Below are positions 28,258-37,552 of a stretch of DNA of 64,000 nucleotides, piece by piece. Numbering within the stretch: position 1 is the first letter of the stretch; each line of letters opens with the position of its first letter. Source of the DNA: Patescibacteria group bacterium AH-259-L05 (lineage in GTDB: Bacteria; Patescibacteriota; Patescibacteriia; UBA2591; UBA6264). Location of the stretch: positions 7,257 to 71,256 of the forward strand of contig JALLOO010000002.1 in NCBI GenBank assembly GCA_027717985.1, read 5' to 3'. The notes under the pieces were generated by a model. It made no database searches, was not told the DNA's origin, and was given only the letters and a program-made list of their open reading frames with translations. The position numbers and the translations under genes were made by a program.

Positions 28258-28488
28258 TATAACCCGAACAGCTATGAGCCCTAAATCAGCAAATTCATCA
28301 AGCAAAGCATCATGAATACGACGACGGTACTCTCCTTTATCATCTGTATCTCCATAAAGTGTGAGACGAAAATTCCAATATGGATCATTATTTTCTTTCA
28401 GGCGTTCCACGCCTGGATACGTACCGAGTCATTTGCGAACTTCAGAAACTGGACGACCACTCACTCTTACAAAAACCTTGATAGCCAT
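28258..28488 (-). pseudogene. 77-codon ORF with strong SD, interrupted by one in-frame TGA (codon 20); ferredoxin-like (ABM/Dabb-like?) small protein
   Basis: AGGAGGgaatatatATG; MAIKVFVRVSGRPVSEVRK-TGA-LGTYPGVERLKENNDPYWNFRLTLYGDTDDKGEYRRRIHDALLDEFADLGLIAVRVI. A hairpin CAGGCGuggaaCGCCUG lies 14 nt 3' of the TGA, and a terminator hairpin sits downstream at ~28219-28250. Confidence 0.3.
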
Positions 28489-28710
28489 ATATATTCCCTC
28501 CTCTAATTAAGAATAAGGATAAATATCTATCCTTTATTTGAAATACCTATGTCTAGAGTAGCACAAATGAAAACTTCGTCAATAGCGGCTTGACAAAAAT
28601 TATACATAATACATACTACAATTAGTCACGGCGTATGGGGAGCGCTGTGAAAAGGAGGCAATATCGCTCCTTGCAAAAGCAGAATCCCCAACAGAAAGGA
28701 GGAGTTTGTT

Positions 28711-29433
28711 ATGACGACAAAAAACAAAAAGTTTGTTGTCACCGACAAACAAAAAGCTACGCTTCTAGATAGAAATACAGTGTTTCTAGAGCGTTGTCGA
28801 CGAGGAATACTTAACCCTGACCATGCTTTAGAAGGTCTCCAAATGCTCAATGACGGAAAAAGGCTTAAAGAATTCACCATAACTGACCTTATTGAAGAAT
28901 GGGAGCAATTCTACAATGATATCTTCAACATCTATATAACGTTCACTGGTTATATTCTCCCTGCAACACGAAAAGGATTTAACCGCCCGCTTATTATGGC
29001 CCAAAGCATAACTGCAAGTAAATTGGTTGCTAAGTGTGAAGAATTATTTAGCTGCAAAAAATGGACCAATGATGACTTTGATAAAATTGTTGTTTCCGAC
29101 CGTACTGCTCAAGATGCCTCTTATGGTATTTGGATTCGCGACCGCCAAATAGCAGATACAGAACTCACAGGATATAGCTGTAATTATCTTACAAGACTAT
29201 CCACTCTCGGCATAACTCTAGAAGAACGGCTACTATACGAATTAAAATATTTTACTGAAACAAAAGAACATCTAGATATAGGCAGACGCACCCTTTGCAG
29301 TGGTTCAATATATGAGAGCATATTGACTGTCCCTACAGTTTATTGCAAAAATAATATTTTACACATTAGTAAAGGCCATCTTCCTTCTATTCCTCGACAA
29401 GATACTTCGGCTCGTGAAGTAATTGCCAAGTAA
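28711..29433 (+). CDS. hypothetical protein (240 aa)
   Basis: Strong SD AAAGGAGGAG. It stands alone on the + strand with its own terminator. Confidence 0.5.
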   Translation: MTTKNKKFVVTDKQKATLLDRNTVFLERCRRGILNPDHALEGLQMLNDGKRLKEFTITDLIEEWEQFYNDIFNIYITFTGYILPATRKGFNRPLIMAQSITASKLVAKCEELFSCKKWTNDDFDKIVVSDRTAQDASYGIWIRDRQIADTELTGYSCNYLTRLSTLGITLEERLLYELKYFTETKEHLDIGRRTLCSGSIYESILTVPTVYCKNNILHISKGHLPSIPRQDTSAREVIAK

Positions 29434-29445
29434 AGACAGATAATG

Positions 29446-29482
29446 CCCTCGCATCATGCGAGGGTTTTTCTTTTTTTTATCT
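29446..29482 (+). terminator. rho-independent terminator
   Basis: GCCCTCGCAtcaTGCGAGGGTTTTTCTTTTTTTT. Confidence 0.65.
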
Positions 29483-29518
29483 TGTAATTTATAAAATCAA
29501 TGATACAATTAAATCTGT

Positions 29519-32500
29519 ATGTCAAAACATAAATCAAAATCACAATGGCGGTCTAAAAAAATTAGTTCGCCAAAAAAATCAAAATTCACCAAGAAAAAGT
29601 TATCTCCGGCGGAGCAAAGTCTTCAAAAAGCAAAAAAAACCACCGCACCAAAACGAAAAATAAAACGAGCTAAACCCCAACCCCGTACCAAAACAAGTTC
29701 GGTACGGGGCAAGAAAACAAATCTGGTGAAAAAGCTTTTTATTTTTATTATTTTTCTCGTCCTTGTCTTTGGTGCAATCGGGAGCATCAGTCTATTTTTG
29801 CTTACCAAAAGCCTGCCGCATCCAGAAAAATTAATAGAGCGAAGTATTGCCCAAAGTACGAAAATATATGCCCGAGATGAAAAAACACTGTTATATGAAA
29901 TATTTTCTGAACAAAGGCGAACCGTAGTTGATCTGGAAAAAATTCCTCAGCATCTTGTCTATGCCACTATTGTTTCAGAAGACAGAGATTTTTTTACTCA
30001 TCCAGGATTTGATATTTCTGGGATTGCGCGCGCCATTCTCGTTGATATTCTTCGCGGAGGTAAAGTTCAAGGTGGCTCAACCCTCACCCAGCAGTTTATA
30101 AAAAATGCCTTTTTAACGCGAAAAAAAACATACACCAGAAAAATCAAAGAACTGCTCATGGCATATCAAGTTGAAAAAAAATTTAGCAAACTTGAAATAC
30201 TTCAGATGTACTTTAATGAAATTCCCTACGGATCAAATGCATATGGCGCTGAAGCAGCGAGTCAAATCTATTTTTCAAAATCAGTACGCGACCTAACGTT
30301 AGATGAAACAACGCTCTTAGCTGCGCTTCCGAAAGCGCCTACCTATTACTCTCCCTATGGTCAACACACTGAAGAACTACTTTTTCGCCAACACTTTATT
30401 TTAGATGTTATGACTGAAGAAGGATATATTACCTCTTCGCAGGCTTTGCAGGCTAAAAGCATTAATACGTTAGAAAAAATTACGTCACGTCGTGAAAATA
30501 TTCGCGCTCCTCACTTTGTCTTCTACGTGAGAGAATTATTAACTGAAAAATACGGTGATCGTCTTGTAGAACAGGGCGGGCTCAAGGTTATTACCACACT
30601 TGACTTTGACAAACAAACAATTGCAGAACAAGCAATTGAAAAATATGCAGAGCGTAATGAAGAAATATTTGATGCTACAAATGCGGCATTAGTTGCCATT
30701 GATGTAGATACCGGACAAATTCTTGCTATGGTAGGATCAAAAGATTTTTTTAACGAAGAAATTGATGGCCAAGTAAATGTAGTAACACGAGAACGTCAAC
30801 CAGGATCATCCTTTAAACCAATTGTCTATGCGACCGCATTTGAAAAAGGCTATACCCCTAATACAATTATATTTGATGCAGAAACAAGTTTTGGCCCTAA
30901 AACACCTGAACCAGATGCCCAAGATTATATCCCGCGAAACTATGATGAAAAATTCAGGGGTCCGGTTAGTATGCGAAAAGCATTAGCAGGATCATTAAAT
31001 ATCCCAGGTGTAAAAACAATGTATTTAGCAGGGGTTAATAACGTTTTAAACACGGCGGAACGTATGGGCTACACTACCTTAGAAGACAGAGAACAATACG
31101 GTCTCTCGCTTGTTTTAGGAGGGGGAGAGATAAAACTATTAGAACATGTAGCAGCTTTTGCTATTTTTGCCCGTGAAGGTGTTAAAATCCCTACAACGAG
31201 TATTTTAAAAGTGGAAGATAACAAAGGTAATATTTTAGAAGAATTACCTAAAAAACCCAAACTTCCTCAAACAGTATTTGATCCGCAAATCGCCCGGCTC
31301 ATCAATGACATCTTATCTGATAATCAATCACGGGCGTTTATGTTTGGCTATCAAAACTTTTTAACACTCCCTAATCGGCCTGTTGCCGCAAAAACAGGTA
31401 CTACCAATGACTTTCGTGACGCGTGGACTGTTGGCTTTACGCCAAATCTTGCAGCTGGTGTATGGGTGGGGAATAACAACAATGATGTAATGGGTGAAAA
31501 AGCTGATGGTTCAACGGTTGCCGCGCCCATTTGGAATGAATTTATGAAGCGTGCCTTAGAAAATACCTCTCCTCAACCATTTACTCCTCCTGAAACAATC
31601 TACGTAGACAAGCCAATATTAAACGGGGAAATCCCTGGGAAAATTACGCTCAAAATTGACACGGCATCAAAAAAATTAGCAACTGAGCTCACGCCTGACT
31701 CACAAATAATAGAAAAAACCTTTGTAAGCTTTTATCCTATTCTCTACTACATAGATAAAAATAACCCGCAAGGACCGCTCCCCTCAAACCCAAAAGCTGA
31801 TTATCAATATGAATTCTGGGAAGAGGGAATTACCAACTGGCTTACTGCCGTATCTGAATTACTTGCCTCACCAGCTTCTCCCTCTGTCATCCTGCCACTT
31901 CAGGATGACAAAGAGGAGGGACAGGATGACAAAGAGGAGGGACAGGATGACAAAGAGAGCGTCATCCCGAGCGAAGACGGGGAAGGCCCCAAAGTTGTTA
32001 TTTCTGATTTTATATTTGACCTTGCGCTTGAAGGACTTGAAATACCACCAACTGAATATGATGATGTCCATATTCCAGCAAATGAACCGTATATAAAAAT
32101 TCTTTCTCCTTCAAATAATACAATCATTAATGAAAATGTTATTCGGATAAAGGTAGAAGCATCAGCGCCGCGTGGACTTAAAAAAATAACATGTTCTATT
32201 GATGATGCACCGCTTGATAGTATTGTGGTAAACAGCCCAAATATTCAGTCATACACCTGTGTCCTTGGCCTTAGCGGGATCTCTTCGGGAAAGCATACTA
32301 TTAAAGCAACCGCGCTTGATGATGTTGGTAACAACAATACCGACGCTATTCAAATAATTACCGCTCAAGGATTTGAAAGGACATTTGAATGGCTTTCACC
32401 AAAAAATAATGATGTGGTATATCAAGGTAATTTTCCACTCACACTCTCAGTTCTCACTCCGCCGACTAAAATCAATACGATAAAGTTTTTCGCACAAAAT

Positions 32501-32674
32501 CAAAACACGTATCAGCTTTCACTTATCAGCACTATATTTAATCCTGAAACTGTTGGTGTCATTGAAACGCCTTGGAATTTAGCTGACAAAGGAATGTATG
32601 AACTATGGGCAGAAATGACTGATATTGATGGCCAAACACAGACCAGCAACAAAATCCAAATTGAAATTGAATAA
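29519..32674 (+). CDS. mrcA: class A penicillin-binding protein (transglycosylase plus transpeptidase) with long C-terminal extension
   Basis: GT51 motifs (EDRDFFTHPGFD, GGSTLTQQ), a transpeptidase SxxK region, and a C-terminal domain of roughly 300 aa containing a repeat-encoded DDKEEGQ x2.5 insert. Confidence 0.85.
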   Translation: MSKHKSKSQWRSKKISSPKKSKFTKKKLSPAEQSLQKAKKTTAPKRKIKRAKPQPRTKTSSVRGKKTNLVKKLFIFIIFLVLVFGAIGSISLFLLTKSLPHPEKLIERSIAQSTKIYARDEKTLLYEIFSEQRRTVVDLEKIPQHLVYATIVSEDRDFFTHPGFDISGIARAILVDILRGGKVQGGSTLTQQFIKNAFLTRKKTYTRKIKELLMAYQVEKKFSKLEILQMYFNEIPYGSNAYGAEAASQIYFSKSVRDLTLDETTLLAALPKAPTYYSPYGQHTEELLFRQHFILDVMTEEGYITSSQALQAKSINTLEKITSRRENIRAPHFVFYVRELLTEKYGDRLVEQGGLKVITTLDFDKQTIAEQAIEKYAERNEEIFDATNAALVAIDVDTGQILAMVGSKDFFNEEIDGQVNVVTRERQPGSSFKPIVYATAFEKGYTPNTIIFDAETSFGPKTPEPDAQDYIPRNYDEKFRGPVSMRKALAGSLNIPGVKTMYLAGVNNVLNTAERMGYTTLEDREQYGLSLVLGGGEIKLLEHVAAFAIFAREGVKIPTTSILKVEDNKGNILEELPKKPKLPQTVFDPQIARLINDILSDNQSRAFMFGYQNFLTLPNRPVAAKTGTTNDFRDAWTVGFTPNLAAGVWVGNNNNDVMGEKADGSTVAAPIWNEFMKRALENTSPQPFTPPETIYVDKPILNGEIPGKITLKIDTASKKLATELTPDSQIIEKTFVSFYPILYYIDKNNPQGPLPSNPKADYQYEFWEEGITNWLTAVSELLASPASPSVILPLQDDKEEGQDDKEEGQDDKESVIPSEDGEGPKVVISDFIFDLALEGLEIPPTEYDDVHIPANEPYIKILSPSNNTIINENVIRIKVEASAPRGLKKITCSIDDAPLDSIVVNSPNIQSYTCVLGLSGISSGKHTIKATALDDVGNNNTDAIQIITAQGFERTFEWLSPKNNDVVYQGNFPLTLSVLTPPTKINTIKFFAQNQNTYQLSLISTIFNPETVGVIETPWNLADKGMYELWAEMTDIDGQTQTSNKIQIEIE

Positions 32675-32718
32675 ACTTCGAAACGTAGTATTGAAATCAA
32701 AAATCAGAGCTCTCAAGC

Positions 32719-32752
32719 TCTGATTTTTTAACTTCTTTAGCCAATTCTCCAA
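32719..32752. terminator. bidirectional terminator hairpin CAGAGCTCtcaAGCTCTG flanked by A/T runs
   Basis: Lies between the convergent PBP gene and the 32756..33019 gene. Confidence 0.6.
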
Positions 32753-32755
32753 CCT

Positions 32756-33019
32756 TTAAATAGCAGAAACCAATGCCCCTATATCTCTTAAGATTAGATT
32801 CCATAACACAAGCTTCTCATCCTCAGTAAGCTCGTCAATCTCAACTATATCTCTTATAGTCTTGAAATAATTTCTATCATCTTCAGGAACTTCCTCATAT
32901 TGTATAGAATCTATAACCGCTTTCTCTCTCCAAGATAACCTCGTGTCTCTATCATCATTTAAAAGCTGCTTCCATTTCTCTAGGCGTTCTTCTATTACTT
33001 CCTTTCGAATCTCTGTCAT
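32756..33019 (-). CDS. hypothetical acidic protein (87 aa)
   Basis: ORF with no recognisable motifs. Confidence 0.35.
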   Translation of the reverse strand: MTEIRKEVIEERLEKWKQLLNDDRDTRLSWREKAVIDSIQYEEVPEDDRNYFKTIRDIVEIDELTEDEKLVLWNLILRDIGALVSAI

Positions 33020-33122
33020 TATAGACCTCCTTTTTTATGTTAAAGAAATAACCACTTATAGTATAGAAAATCTTAAAAAACGTGTCAAGACTCGAAAGCT
33101 AAATGTCGAAAGCTAAAAGGGC

Positions 33123-33647
33123 TCATGAGCCCTTTTTTGACATATATTGTTTTTGAAGTTCGTGAAATTTCTCTAACGAATACGTATCATGCGTTCTTGG
33201 ATCTTCAGAATCAAATAGTGTGTTGGCAATGACCAACAAGCCGCTTCCCTCTTCTAATACTTCATACGTGTGGAGAATAAAAGACGGCACAAACACACCG
33301 TTCTCTGGCGTAATAATAAACTCTGCTCCTCCGCCAAAAAGATCTACACACCCCCACCGTACTGATCCCTCAAGCACAAAAACCATTTCTTTACGAATCC
33401 GATGAAATTCATTTCCGCCAAGTTCACCTTCAGACAAATTCCGAACAGTATAGCTTCTTAATCCACGAATGTCTCCAGGAATTCGTGCCAATTCTTTATC
33501 ATCATACTCAAAGTACGCATCTATATCAACATACGCAAGAGCATAAAGAACCATTAGCTCACCATTTGATTTTGTTTTCCACGGACCACGCGCCTTGATT
33601 ACTTTAACATCATCTACTGCAGCTGGATCTTTGCTTGGCTTTTCCAC
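33123..33647 (-). CDS. cupin-fold sugar-nucleotide isomerase/epimerase-like protein (RmlC/FdtA/WxcM-like)
   Basis: GNEFHRIRKEMVFVLEGSVRWGCVDL and GVFVPSFILHTYEVL resemble the RmlC-like cupin core. A terminator hairpin GGGCTCATGAGCCC+T4 overlaps the stop. Confidence 0.4.
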   Translation of the reverse strand: MEKPSKDPAAVDDVKVIKARGPWKTKSNGELMVLYALAYVDIDAYFEYDDKELARIPGDIRGLRSYTVRNLSEGELGGNEFHRIRKEMVFVLEGSVRWGCVDLFGGGAEFIITPENGVFVPSFILHTYEVLEEGSGLLVIANTLFDSEDPRTHDTYSLEKFHELQKQYMSKKGS

Positions 33648-33736
33648 TCTTCTTTCCTCCTTTTCAAGGTTCTAAACTAAAACAGCATATCATTATGCTG
33701 TTATTATTTATATTTTAACATAAAAATTTATTTCTG

Positions 33737-34633
33737 TCAATCCTCTTTCTCAACCACAATCATTATTTTTTTTCCCTTGAGTACCTCTTGCGCTCGTTCG
33801 TCTTTGCTTAGTCCTGTTTTCTCGCCTAAAGCAAACGGCCAGTCATGGATTGATTCAAAAAATTTATCATATGAATATGAAAAATCTGCACCGCGTTGTG
33901 CACCTGGATCATTGGTAATAATATTATTCTCATCATATCCTTTAACCACTACGGTATGATACGGCGGTCCTGGTGACTTATAATAGGGATTGTTTAACAA
34001 CCTTCCTGCCATGGGTGTAATTACTAAATTTCCGTTGCTTAACTGATACTTTATATCATCAATAGAATTAACACTTGAATAATATATTTTTTCAATATTA
34101 AAATACCGACGCGCTAAATCAACAATGTCTAAAACTTGCAAATCATAATGGCCGCCAAAATTTTCTTCCTGCCATGCTACTACATCTAAAATCTCTTGTT
34201 CAGCTGTTTCTTTGTTGAGCTCAAAATTGTCTAACCAATATTTTGCCATAATAAGCACTGCTTCCTCGTATGCTTCATTGTGTAAATCGTCCCAGTTTGC
34301 ATATGGCGCCTGCACGGTAAACGGCACTACTAAATTAACTCCTGGCTTAATTTGCTTTAAAATCTCAACTGAAGTTTCAACCATACTCTCTCCTTTATTC
34401 TCTTCCTCTTGTTCTGTTATAGACTCTTCAATTGTAGAAGTTCGTTCTTCTGTACTCTTAATAGTTGCCCTAATTTGTTCTCCGCCCAGCTCTTTGTTTA
34501 GCGAGGGATCTGTCGATGGTGCAGAGAATTGTTGTGGAGCAAATATCGCAAAATCAAAAACAAAAATCACAACTAAAGCTATAAATCCAATAATTATTTT
34601 TTGAATAATCTTTTTAGCTTTTCTTGATAACAT
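33737..34633 (-). CDS. membrane-anchored C39-like (papain-fold) domain protein, catalytic Cys apparently absent
   Basis: N-terminal TM; VPFTVQAPYANWDDLHNEAYEEAVLIMAKYW and YHTVVVKGYDENNIITNDPG resemble Peptidase_C39_2, but NE replaces CG. Confidence 0.3.
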   Translation of the reverse strand: MLSRKAKKIIQKIIIGFIALVVIFVFDFAIFAPQQFSAPSTDPSLNKELGGEQIRATIKSTEERTSTIEESITEQEEENKGESMVETSVEILKQIKPGVNLVVPFTVQAPYANWDDLHNEAYEEAVLIMAKYWLDNFELNKETAEQEILDVVAWQEENFGGHYDLQVLDIVDLARRYFNIEKIYYSSVNSIDDIKYQLSNGNLVITPMAGRLLNNPYYKSPGPPYHTVVVKGYDENNIITNDPGAQRGADFSYSYDKFFESIHDWPFALGEKTGLSKDERAQEVLKGKKIMIVVEKED

Positions 34634-34700
34634 ATACTGACTTCTAAAATTTTACAAATTTATCTTTAACAAAGGAACGCCAATAATCTGGATAATTTTT

Positions 34701-35717
34701 TTACTTTTCTCTCTTAACATATTTATAATTTTCTATAAAACCCCTCCCTACTAAAGGCCGCCACCAATTCTCGTTTTTTACATACCAATCAACTACTTGG
34801 TCTAGGCCATTTTCAAAATCAATCTCAGACTCCCAACCTAGTTCCTTTCGAATTTTTGTAGTATCTAAAAGGTAACGACGATCATGCCCGGGCCTATCTT
34901 CAATATATGTTTTTAATGACTCAGGCTTATTAAGTCTTTTTAATACAGCTTGAGCAACTTCTTCTATACTTTTTTCTACACCACTGCCGATATTATAAGC
35001 TTGGCCGATTCTCCCTTTTCTTATAATCAAATCTATGCCCCTGCAATGATCTTGTGTATGAAGCCACTCTCTTTTATTATGACTACTTTTGAATAATGGT
35101 AATTTTTGATCCTGGATGGCATTAGTAATAAAACGGGGAATAACCTTCTCAAGAAGCTGGTAAGCCCCGTAATTATTTGAACAATGGCTAATAGTTACTG
35201 GTAGTTTAAAGGTATGAAAATAAGCCATTACTTCATGGTTAGCCGCGGCTTTTGAAGCATTATAGGGTGTTTTAGGCATATAAGGATCGCTTTCTTTAAA
35301 GGCTTTATTTTCATCTAAGGCCATATCACCAAAAACCTCACAGGTTGAAATATGATGAAACCTTTTTATCCCTGCATCCTTTGCTGCCTCTAAAAGCATT
35401 TGGGTTCCTAAAACATTGGTTTTAACAAAAATATCTGGCTCAATCATGGCCCGACCATTATGTGATTCAGCAGCAAAATTAACTATTACATCTACCCTTT
35501 CTCTTTGAAGCAATTTTCTGTTCCTCTTCAAATCTCCAATATCACCTTTAACAAATTTATAATTAGAATTGTCGGCAATGTCTTTTAGACTTTCTAAAAC
35601 CCCAGCGTATGTCAAAAGATCCAGATTAATAATCTGATCATCTGGATATTTCTCCAGCCAATAGTGAATAAAATTAGATCCAATAAATCCTGCCCCCCCG
35701 GTAACTAATAACTTCAT
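34701..35717 (-). CDS. rfbB: dTDP-glucose 4,6-dehydratase
   Basis: MKLLVTGGAGFIGSNF...LTYAGVLESL. Confidence 0.8.
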   Translation of the reverse strand: MKLLVTGGAGFIGSNFIHYWLEKYPDDQIINLDLLTYAGVLESLKDIADNSNYKFVKGDIGDLKRNRKLLQRERVDVIVNFAAESHNGRAMIEPDIFVKTNVLGTQMLLEAAKDAGIKRFHHISTCEVFGDMALDENKAFKESDPYMPKTPYNASKAAANHEVMAYFHTFKLPVTISHCSNNYGAYQLLEKVIPRFITNAIQDQKLPLFKSSHNKREWLHTQDHCRGIDLIIRKGRIGQAYNIGSGVEKSIEEVAQAVLKRLNKPESLKTYIEDRPGHDRRYLLDTTKIRKELGWESEIDFENGLDQVVDWYVKNENWWRPLVGRGFIENYKYVKREK

Positions 35718-35723
35718 ACAATT

Positions 35724-36194
35724 TTATTTAAATATCCAAAATTTTTGAACACTAAAACGAAAAAACATTACCATAACGGCAGCAATCGCCTTAGCTATAA
35801 TATCATATATATGTGCTGATTCGACAAAAAATGCAAGAAGTGCCTGATAAAACACCATTCCTCCTATTCCGCCAACAATCCAAAATTGCAAATACTGAGA
35901 CGCAATCTTGCCACCACGATAATTAAATACCCAATGTTTATTTAATACAAAGCCTCCGATAGCACCAACTGACATAGCAATAAAATTCGCCCATAAATAG
36001 TGTGTTTGCCAAAATAAAAAAATACGCGTAAAAAAAATATAAATACCAAAGTCAACAACAGCAAAAAGAGTTCCTGAAATAGCAAATCGGGTAAGCTGAC
36101 GCAGATATTGACGTTTTCGAAAAATAGGCAAGACACGCAAAATTCTGTCAGTCCAATGAAATGGCTTTTTAATGCTTAGAATAAATTTTCTCAT
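35724..36194 (-). CDS. GtrA-family membrane protein
   Basis: LTRFAISGTLFAVVDFGIYIFF; four TM helices. Confidence 0.65.
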   Translation of the reverse strand: MRKFILSIKKPFHWTDRILRVLPIFRKRQYLRQLTRFAISGTLFAVVDFGIYIFFTRIFLFWQTHYLWANFIAMSVGAIGGFVLNKHWVFNYRGGKIASQYLQFWIVGGIGGMVFYQALLAFFVESAHIYDIIAKAIAAVMVMFFRFSVQKFWIFK

Positions 36195-37225
36195 TACTTC
36201 AAATACTTTGCCTTATTATAATTATGCTCCTTAATGGTAAGCGAGAAAATATTAATTCCATCAGGGGTCACTAAAAAACAACAATAATCATTTTCAATAG
36301 GATCAACCGTTGCTGAAATCGCAGAAAAGGATGGATTATTAATGGGTCCTGGCGGCAAGCCAGGATGAAGATACGTATTATACGGAGAAGGGGTCCGTGT
36401 ATCTTCAAATGTTGGCTGAAGTTTTGACGTGTTTAAAATATAGTTAACCGTTGCATCTGACTGCAATGCCCAATTAATTGATAACCTGCTCCAGAAAACA
36501 TCAGCAATTAATCGGCGATCTTGGTCTAAATCTGCTTCTTTTTCAACAATGGATGCAAGGGTAATCACCTCATGAATTGATTTATCTAATCCTTTAACTT
36601 TTGCACGGATGTCAGTATTCAACTTCTCGTCAAATGTTTTTACCATTTTTCTAATAACCGCTTCTGCGCTTGTTTCTTGGTAAAAGCGGTACGTGTCTGG
36701 GAACAAATATCCTTGAAATCGCGCTTCATCAATAGGGACATTTAACACTTCATCAGATAAAAATTCATAGGTATTGATAAACTCCTGATCTTGGCTTAAT
36801 TCATCTAATGCAGTAAAAAAATCGTCTTGTGCTACTATGTCATTCTCTTCTAATACTTGTGCAATCTCTGAATTTGTCAGTCCTTCAACAATGGTGACAC
36901 TCGTTTCTGGCGCTAACGGCCTGCTCGTCAAAAACCCAACCAATTCTTTAAAACTTATCTCTCTAGGAAGACGATACTCACCTGGCAAAAACTTAGTCCG
37001 CGCATTACTTAAAAATGAATACAATTGAAACAATTTACTATTTTTAACAAATCCTTCTTGTTCTAATCTCTCACTAATTTCTTTTACTCCTTGTCCTTTT
37101 TCAATAGAAAAAAGAATTTCGCGTTCTTTCCCTTCACCACCGCCACTGTCCTGAAATGAAAAATACAAAAAAATGATAATTAAAGCAAATATAATATAAC
37201 CGAGCCATATTCCTTTTTTCTTCAT
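36194..37225 (-). CDS. mltG: endolytic murein transglycosylase MltG (YceG-like)
   Basis: N-terminal TM; ITLASIVEKEADLDQDRRLIADVFWSRL. Confidence 0.8.
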   Translation of the reverse strand: MKKKGIWLGYIIFALIIIFLYFSFQDSGGGEGKEREILFSIEKGQGVKEISERLEQEGFVKNSKLFQLYSFLSNARTKFLPGEYRLPREISFKELVGFLTSRPLAPETSVTIVEGLTNSEIAQVLEENDIVAQDDFFTALDELSQDQEFINTYEFLSDEVLNVPIDEARFQGYLFPDTYRFYQETSAEAVIRKMVKTFDEKLNTDIRAKVKGLDKSIHEVITLASIVEKEADLDQDRRLIADVFWSRLSINWALQSDATVNYILNTSKLQPTFEDTRTPSPYNTYLHPGLPPGPINNPSFSAISATVDPIENDYCCFLVTPDGINIFSLTIKEHNYNKAKYLK

Positions 37226-37232
37226 TTTTTTA

Positions 37233-37364
37233 GTTAAATTTCTTGTATAGTTGTTTGATTAATTTTTGTTGCTCTTCTATATCTAAAACCTCTCGCCGAA
37301 TACGAGCCTTTTGAGTACGAATGTACTTTCGAATTCCCTTTGATAACCGTTTTGTTTTAGACAT
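37233..37364 (-). CDS. small basic hypothetical protein (44 aa) MSKTKRLSKGIRKYIRTQKARIRRE...
   Basis: Short ORF downstream of mltG with a weak SD. Confidence 0.25.
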
Positions 37365-37411
37365 AGTATACTTCTCATTTCTGTATTATTACTTAAAGTC
37401 TGGATAAAGAT

Positions 37412-37466
37412 ATCATTCCTTTCAGACTTCAAGGTTCTTCCGAACGAAGTGAGGAATGATTCTTAT
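37412..37466. repeat. AAGAACC-family element nested in a 9-bp inverted repeat (atcattcct...aggaatgat)
   Basis: cttcaaggttcttccgaacgaagtgaggaatgattcttat lies in the divergent mltG/ychF intergenic region. Confidence 0.5.
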
Positions 37467-37552
37467 TTATTTTAACAAGAATAACATATAATACAAGATG
37501 AGATACATGAGTAACACTTTCTTTTTTTAACTAGAAACAATATACTTAAAAT

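Noticed and set aside
28429-28431. Genome-wide UGA reassignment (code 4/25) suggested by an in-frame TGA
   Set aside because: TGA terminates several confidently called genes here (HIT, leader peptide). ORFs of 1000 aa or more are uninterrupted under the standard code. The single in-frame TGA is treated as local (pseudogene, sequencing error or Sec).
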